DNA of 64,000 nt from Octopus sinensis. Its lineage: Eukaryota. Of the stretch, positions 55,776-64,000 are shown piece after piece. The stretch's first letter is position 1, and every line of letters begins with the position of its first letter. Position numbers and translations under genes: made by a program. The notes under the pieces are model-generated. The model saw only the letters and a program-made list of their open reading frames with translations, made no database searches and was not told the DNA's origin. The stretch spans positions 158,906,001-158,970,000 of the forward strand of contig NC_042998.1 in assembly GCF_006345805.1 (NCBI RefSeq). Reading direction: 5' to 3'.

Positions 55776-55932
55776 ACAATTCCAGTCTGTTATATATTTT
55801 GAGTATTGTTATCACTAGCGATATCAAGATATAACGTTGTATTTTGTATTTTATGTGTAGATGTATATATATAGATGTACACATATATATACACATATAT
55901 ACATGCACTAGCACTATGACCCGGCAATGCTA

Positions 55933-55975
<43 letters not shown>

Positions 55976-57154
55976 ATAAACACATACACACACACATATA
56001 TATATATCAACACAAGCGTGTGTCTATACATATATATCTGTGCGCGCGTGCACACACACACACACACAATCAAACAGACAAACACACACAAAAACATGTT
56101 TTTCTAAGTTAATGTCATGGGATTCTACACAGTTATTGATGTTTAAATATCAATGAGGAAACTGTTTGTTAGTTAGAAGACTGACTGCTTCTTGATTTCA
56201 TAATATCTCTGGAGAGAAACTATAAAATATTTCGATATAAAAACTGATAATTAAGCTTGTAAATCTTTTGAAAATTTAATAAATTAAGTTTAAATTAAGA
56301 ACACGTATGTATACTGTATAGCGTACTTAAAATACATCAAGTGATCGATAATATACACTGTCTCTTAGGCGATAACAGTGGTTTAGACAAGGTAGTTCTA
56401 CGGAGGTACGTCAACTAGTTCGTTTTTCTCAGCAAGCAAAAGTATCTGGGATAGTTTAGTGCCCTTTGCAGGTGAAGATACATCTATCATCCAATTACTA
56501 TAGAGAAATCGTTATTTAGTGCCAGTTCTACAGATATCTGCGTTTCTTTGTAATCATAATCACTGGAGTGGGAGAAGACCTGTGATAGTTAAGGTTGCGG
56601 GATATTCAATCCAGAATAAAAATGTACAAATGTGTCTGTTTGAGGAGGCTGTTATGAAGGAGTACAACGTTTTCTTTTCTGCAAGGCTACTCAATACCTA
56701 CAAAAGAGTCAACTCAAAACATTTGTGGTGTGCTTTTTATATGAAAAAGAGGAGCAGCAATCACGATCTTTTGCAAGGTCTCTGAGACAAGTAACAACTA
56801 GGAAACAAAATATCGAAATATTAAGTTGTCCTCAGAAGGAAACCAAGTTCTAATACTTGCCATTAAAGTATCCAATAACCAGGTTAGTAATATAGAGTTC
56901 CCACAGCACATCAATATTTCGTATCAAACACAGACCATCTTTGGTCTACTAAATCTATTACTGTCTTTGTGTAAAATTATATTTCTACGGGTTAAAGTGC
57001 TGTAGGTTGGTAATGAAATTATAAAAAATTATAATGAAATAAAACATTATTAGAAAGGAGCTCACGAGCTCAATAATGTTCGTTTGTTGAAAGTTGGGGA
57101 AAGATCATGGTAACGATCTGGCTAGACAGTCAATTATTTCTTTAGTTGAAAATT

Positions 57155-57193
<39 letters not shown>

Positions 57194-58678
57194 GTGTGTG
57201 CATGTGTGTGTCTGTCTGTCTGTCTGTGTGTGTGTCTGTGTTTCTGGGTGTCTGTGTGTCTGTGTGTATGCATGCGTGTAAAGCTCTTTAATTGTGAATA
57301 GATATTGTATTAGAGTTAAAAACTATTCAAGAGAAATTGAGTTAAATGCGTGTTTTTATGTAAGAATGTTTAAGTAATTACAATAGTGGCAAGTAAGAGA
57401 CAGAGGAAATAAATTGAATCGGGAACTGACTGCTAGCCAAAATAAATAAATAAATAAAATACTCATTTTATAATGATATCCGAGATTATTTTGTGTCTCG
57501 AAAAAAGCAGGAAATTGAAATGAGATTATTGACATAATCTTGTGGTTATAGTCGCCATGACAACAAATAATTCTTTTCTCCTTGATCAATATTTAAATTA
57601 CAAAGCGGGAAATAGTTGTTAAAGTGGATTGTTACACTTACTCTGAGATGAAGCCACGGGGTAAGCCTCTATGCTATGGAAACAAAGTAGCCTCAATAAG
57701 ATGGTTAACCCATTTTACTACAGCAACTAAACTTGTACTAAACCAATTTCTACCGTCTGAAAAGATGCATATATACTTTTCTTTTATGATTTAGAGAGAT
57801 GAAAGAACTGTGTCCATGACGGTCACGAATCTTATGAGTCTGGTATGCATAAAATGGTTTATATTTAGCTTGAACAACCATAAACTTTGGAAATATATAA
57901 CAGGATAGCATGGTTGGAGTAACAGTTGTACAACAGAAAATTCAACAGAAAGATATATAATCTTCAGTAATCCGAAGCACTAAATATCTGATGTGGGTCG
58001 ACATATGAGCCATGCCCAAACGCTTGACCAATCAGCTAAGTGATGATATTTGTACAAATAAAGCCTAGCATGTGGTGGACATACTTCCATTTAATTTTTA
58101 ATCAATCTAAATTTTGAATTTTACTCTCTTGTCTTTCTTAGCAAGAATTGTCATTAGCGCTTTTGACTTTTCATCTGATTTAAATAAATGTTCTGTTGGC
58201 CTCACTTCATCAAGTAAGTTAGCCTGCACCTGTGTCCAGGAAGATCATTATGCCAATAATAATAAGCACACGCACTGGTTCAGTATCATTTTAGATATTT
58301 AACTTTAGATGTTTAAATGATTGACTAACAATAAATGCGTGATACTGAAACTGCGCGTATGTTTATTATTATTATTGGTGTTATGACCTTCCCAAGACAC
58401 AACAAAATTTGTTTCAACACACGAATTCACATTAAGAATCTTGCAAACCAAATACAAAAACGAAGTAACTGTATGTTGTTCAAGCAGAAGGCGTCCTTGG
58501 GAAATTTCCCACTTTCAAAACTTAATCTCGAACCTCAAACACATATTTTGAGCGTTACATCATATTATTAATTAACTTCTTCATTTGTTAGCTGGAGGTA
58601 AAATTGATATTGGAGACAAATTACACACACACAAGCAACGCACGGTCGCGCGCACACCCACGCACACACACACACACA

Positions 58679-58732
<54 letters not shown>

Positions 58733-59149
58733 AAACACGCACACGCATGCACATACACTGATTTATTTATGAATAGCCTTCTGAAAAATGTATTGATAAG
58801 GATTTCGAGCCTTTCGTGTAATGAGCAAATTTTTAAAGATAATGCTAATATTATAATGAAACCTTAAAAAGGAGTGTTTACATAGAGAAAATTAAATATT
58901 ATGAACACTAAATTGAAGAGCGTTACTTAAAGGTTGCAAAATTAACGACATAACGCATAATAGCTGTTTGGGGAAAAGGAATAGAGAAATTAAGTTAAAT
59001 AAAACGGCAAATGCATGAAGGGAAAATCTAATGCATAAAATCTGATTTTTAAGGGAGCATGCTTCTAATACAAATACTGATAATTTATTATTTATAAGGG
59101 ATAGAAAATCTCACAGGTATAGGGGTTCATTACTCGTGTCTAAGAGGGA

Positions 59150-59450
59150 AAAATATCACAAGATAAACAGAATAGCATGAACTTAAGAACTTCAAATAAT
59201 AATTTGCTATATAATGGTGAGCCATGAGAAATACTTGAAGCCTTTGTGGGTAACATAAACTCTGACAGCATGTACGGAGAAGTGTTAAAAATAATAAAAC
59301 TATTACTTGAACTACTGGTATTACAACCGTGAATGAACACACGCTTAGTGAAAACACCATACGAGTGAAAACATTTGCAAAGTGTTTTACATTGAAATTA
59401 TCAATGTTTCTGATAACTGCCATGGCACTTTCCAGGAAGTAATTCAAAAA
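59150..59450 (+). mobile_element. hAT-type C-terminal dimerisation-domain relic
   Basis: MYGEVLKIIKLLL../ITTVNEHTLS..RVKTF resembles the P(V)TTA..ERSFS..RVKT pattern. Confidence 0.45.
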
Positions 59451-60911
59451 ATAGGAAGAAAAATTTTATCTGATATAATTTACCGTTCTGTACCCGATTG
59501 AAATCATTAATTCTAAGGATCTTCTTTGAAATACTTAGAAGAAATGTAATCCGCAACACAGACATCATCAGATATTTAATAGATACATGGTAAAACAGTC
59601 ATACTCAAACATCCCAGTTCTAGGGGCTCTAGTAGCAACTTCAAATAGAACTAATCTAAATGGAAAGCCTGGTGGGATACATTCTAAAACAGAATTTGGG
59701 ATTAGTAAAAAGAGCAATTAGTAATTGTATACAATAAAATAAAACTTGTCTTACAAACTCTAGACAAGTGTTTTTTAATTATTATTTTGTGTACTGTAGA
59801 GATATAACCAATTTATTGCAGATAAATTTTAACAACAAACCTTATATAGATTCCCAAGCGTCATATGGATCTCAGTTGAGAACCACTGCTCTTGATGATA
59901 GACACATATATTTAGGGATGGAGAGTTTTAATAACTCTGTTGCTTTGAATTTGGGCAAGACTGTTGCTAATAATATGAAGAAACTACATAATTCACATAA
60001 AATTTGAATCCTAAGAAGCATTTTATCTTTTCTTTTATCTTCTACTTGTTTCATTTATTAGACTGCGGCTATGCTTGGGCACTGCCTTGAAGAATTTTGT
60101 CAAACGAACCCACTTCAGTATTTTTTTAAAGCGTGGTAATTATTCTATCGATCTGCTTGCTGAATCGCTGAGTTACGTGGACGTAAGCAAACAACACCGG
60201 TTGTCATGCAGTGGTGGGGAACAAAGATGCACGTGCGCACAAACATACGTGTGTTACAATACATTAGCTGTCATTGTAGTACTGACTCATCGTTATATAT
60301 TCGGATTTAACTGCGTACGTATTAATATAGTCTGTAAATATACCGTAAAAATACATAATATCTACGGATGTTACATAATATCGACTAAAACCGTGTCAAA
60401 TAACGTATGTTGATGCATAGTACCTCCTTTGTTAATCCAAATGTTAGGTTCGTCATCATCTATAGCGGAGTATGTAGTGAGTTTAAAATCTAAAAGTGCT
60501 AAATTAATGACGCACAGAAATATTATTAATTCTTTCAAACTATATCATGGAGATAAACAAGCTTGTCACTTTTTCCTTACACGGAAAGCACTTAAAATCC
60601 TTATGGCAGTTGATTATTCTTATTAAATATATGAAGCAAATTTATCATCTAAATGGGCCCTTAAAATTTAAATTGAATAAACGTACGCTTGTTTTTGCAT
60701 AACGCAATTAAACGTTATATGAATATTCGTGAAAAAAATTGTAATTCCTGATTTCTTTTTCCTTTCATTCTGCCCCTCCATTTCTCATTTTAATTGTAAA
60801 TATCACGAACAAACTGAATCGAACTGAATCATGCACACAAAGCATGGAGAATCGTGAATAGATAAATAACCAATATATATTTTCATACTATAACGAAAAG
60901 ACTGTTATATA

Positions 60912-62110
60912 CGAAGGTCGGTTGGAAAGTTCATAGGCTGACCAGTACAGTGTCTTAGGGCGTCACCAAATGATGTTTGTTTTTCAACATAGACTCCATT
61001 GCGATCCCTACGCTTCTTTCATCGATGTTGAAGTACTTGGACCACATTGGTGAAGAAGCTTTCCGCATGTTAGTCAAAAAATGTCATCAACAGCAGATAT
61101 GAATTCATCATCACTGTGACATTGGTTCCCAGTCAAGGCAACATGTTAGGCAATAGATGATAGACAAGAGAATAGGGGGATGATCAACCAGTTCAAAGCC
61201 ATAGTCACGCACGGCAGCCATTGAAACCAATAATGGCTGCCGTGCGTGACTTGTGTGCTGAGGCAGTGTCTTGAAACAAGCTCCCTGTTGTCAGTTTTCC
61301 CGGACGTTTGATCTTTATAATCTTTCGTAACTACCTCAGCAAGTTGACATAATACTTTCCATTGATGGCGTGAAACTTTTGAGGATTATCAATAAAGAAT
61401 ATGCCTTTTGCATTTCAAAAAATTGAGACAATCCTCTTCCCTGCAGATGAAACGACCTGGGTCTTCTTTGGAGCAGGTAATAAGTGGTGTTTCCACTGCA
61501 GGGATTGTTTCTTTGTCTCTGACTCAAAGTGATGAAGCAATCACACATACTGGCCTCGGATAAGTTCAAGAAAACCAGCTGGATCTGCCTCAAACACTGT
61601 CAGATTTTCCAACGATATGATCTGACTGGTGCGCTTTTAATCAGGTGTGACACCCACCGAACAGAAACCTTCGTCATGCAATATCATTGTCATGAATATT
61701 CTCAACACTTTCAAGGATATGCTAATAGCATTGGCTATTTGATTTATAGTCAATCGCCTGTCATCCATCACCATTCAGTGAACACGATCAATGGTTTTTT
61801 CGCAGTGGTAGCAGTAGCAGGACGTCCAGGCCTCGGGTCATCCTCAAGACCCTTCTTTCCACTCCTAAATTCAGCTGCCCACTTTTGCACTGCTGATAAA
61901 GAGTGTCATCCTCTAACGCAGCAACCACGTCAGCATAAATGTCCTTGGGAGTAAAACTTTTTTTCTGCAGGTGCTTCATAACACCATGATACGAAATTTT
62001 GTTAATTTTTGAGGGAAGTCAGTTCTAGTTACTTTCAATGTCTTCTTGGAACAGTCAGATGTTAGTTTACCTGGAAAGAAACAATGCAATTATAAATAAG
62101 AAGAGTTGAA
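60912..62110 (-). mobile_element. Degenerate mariner element
   Basis: TA|CGAAGGTCGGTTGGAAAGTT terminus. The minus strand encodes KHLQKK..TPKDIYAD..VQKWAAEF..LEDDPRPGRP. Confidence 0.85.
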
Positions 62111-62125
62111 TGTTTATATATATAT

Positions 62126-62168
<43 letters not shown>

Positions 62169-62214
62169 ACAAGTCAAGATAGAAAATGCTAAAATAATTT
62201 TATAAAGAACATTT

Positions 62215-62252
62215 CAGTACCGGTTTCGGTCGTTTTGAGACCTTTTCAACTG
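62215..62252 (-). ncRNA. Minimal hammerhead motif with U3-A8 variant core
   Basis: Reverse complement reads CAG-TTGAAAA-GGTC-tcaaaac-GACC-GAAA-CCGG-TA-CTG. Confidence 0.7.
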
Positions 62253-63314
62253 TAACGATTAAATAATTAAATTTAGAAAAATTAAAAGAAAAGTTTTTTT
62301 AAAGGAATATTTGTATAGTGTCCAAATATAAGTGAAATTTTCCTTGTTTCTGCCTTTCTCTGTCTCTCTTGTTTACACTTGTGGGTTCGAGGTCGTGTGC
62401 TTTCCTATTATTTATTAACTCTTTGTCCATCTCACTGTAACACCTCTAACCACCAAAGCTTTCCTCACTCCATCAATCCACACAAACCGAGGTCTGCCTC
62501 TGGTTCTGCAGCCTACCACTTTTACCTTCATCACCCTCCTTACCAATCAAAATTTTACAGCTCTAACTTAGTATTTGAACCTTTCAGCCCACCCTCGTAA
62601 ATGTTAGTATATACATTCCTTACAAGTGTTTTTTGTTTTTCAATACCTGAAACTCAGATGAATGCATATGCATTCTGACTTGAACTGTCTGCCTAAATTC
62701 TGCTATATACCATGTGTGCCCAAGGTTAACTTGGACTAATGGTAGAATTGTTATCTGTTACTTCTATGAGTATTATTTTATCGGTCTTTCATTTTTCATA
62801 TCAATAACATTATTACTTGTTGATACTGACAGTAAATCATCTACCAACTAATATATTGTATTTCATATCTTTATGACCTTAGTATACTTTTACATTACCT
62901 ATATATTTCATAAGTAGGCTGCGCAATTCAGTCAATATAGTTTTGCTAAATGCTTGGAAAGCTGTCTTCATATCGATTAAGTTTTGCATAGGTTGAGTCA
63001 CCTGTTATTGTTATATGAGTTATGTAACTACATATATGCGTTGCTAAATTGTTTATTTATATTTTTATATACTGGGCTATTGAAATACATCATGCTTTAT
63101 GTGTCTCGTTGAAAGTATGTAGTCAGTTATATTGCCTACGTATGTGTCCGTAGATTTACTTGTCTGTGTGCATGATTATGAATGTGTATGTCAGTATAGA
63201 TGTGTCGCACAGCATTTATGCATAATTTTGCCTATACTTGTGCATTACTGTTGTTATATATGTCTTCGTATGTAGACTGTTTGAAAGTGTAAATTCTAAA
63301 TCTGACTGTCACTA

Positions 63315-64000
63315 CGAGGGACGATAAATAAGTAATGCCTCTGACCCATTTCCAGGTGTTTGATCTAGTTGAAATTGTGCATGTGCAATTACTTATATCT
63401 CTATAGATTAGGTGGCAAATTACAGCTCTGAACTAATTATGGTTTCTGATTTACAGGTGTTTGAACTGAGTCAAGTGTGAAATGGAGCCTGTTGAGTGTC
63501 GAGCAGTGATCCGATTTTTGTATTTGAAAGGACGCACACCACGGGAGACTTTTGATGAAATGAAAATAACTTATGGTGATGATGCCCCATCATATGACCT
63601 TGTAAAACGCTGGCATCGTGAATTCAAACATGGTCGGAACTCTGTGGAAACAGCTCCCAGATCTGGTCGACCCCCTTCTGCCATTGATGAGGCATCTGTC
63701 CGTCAAGTTGAGGCTGCCATTTTGGAAGATCGACGCATAACTATTCGCCAAATAGCCCATGAGGTCAAGATTAGTACCGGGTCAGTGGAAACTATCATTC
63801 ATGACCATTTACATATGCAAAAGGTGTCTGCCAGATGGATTCCCAGGTTGCTCACACCTTTCCAGAAGCAAGAACGCGTCGAGTGCTCGAGGATGAATTT
63901 GGAGACGTACCAAGAAGATGAGTCAAACTTTTTCAAAAGACTGATTACACAGGATGAAACCTGGGTCCATCACTATGATCCAGAGACCAAAGCCCAGTCA
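63315..64000 (+). mobile_element. Mariner DNA transposon, left end (runs off the window)
   Basis: TA|CGAGGGACGATAAATAAGTAATG terminus followed by a transposase ORF. Confidence 0.9.
63482..64000 (+). CDS. Mariner transposase N-terminal part, uninterrupted to the window edge
   Basis: MEPVECRAVIRFLYLKG..APSYDLVKRWHREF..PRSGRP..DRRITIRQIA..SARWIPRLL..ITQDETWVHHYDPETK. Confidence 0.9.
   Translation, partial: MEPVECRAVIRFLYLKGRTPRETFDEMKITYGDDAPSYDLVKRWHREFKHGRNSVETAPRSGRPPSAIDEASVRQVEAAILEDRRITIRQIAHEVKISTGSVETIIHDHLHMQKVSARWIPRLLTPFQKQERVECSRMNLETYQEDESNFFKRLITQDETWVHHYDPETKAQS

Noticed and set aside
56460-56790. Possible host exon after TTTGCAG
   Set aside because: No recognisable domain or partner exons, so it cannot be supported.

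Overview
AT-rich, microsatellite-dense metazoan DNA. The tRNA-derived SINEs and repeat landscape suggest a cephalopod, probably Octopus (inference). I found no credible host gene: nearly all ORFs in the track are microsatellite translations or transposon debris. Mobile elements present: (1) a ~9.5 kb Penelope-like element (PLE) complex at 19.6-29.05 kb, made of a near-full RT+GIY-YIG copy and a 5'-truncated inverted copy; (2) three more PLE endonuclease fragments; (3) a full-length degenerate Tx1/L1-type LINE followed immediately by the 5' end of a relative; (4) CR1 and Dong/R4 3' fragments; (5) mariner, pogo, hAT and Helitron relics, and three SINE families. The most striking hidden signal is about 20 type I hammerhead ribozyme (HHR) motifs from many different repeat families, about 9 of them canonical or near-canonical, and most with a palindromic stem III. 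Three non-coding tandem repeats (units ~472, ~546 and ~437 bp) carry one HHR per unit, the layout expected of retrozyme-like circular-RNA templates or PLE pseudo-LTR dimers. One motif has a compensatory U3-A8 core pair. All structures were read by eye and not folded computationally.
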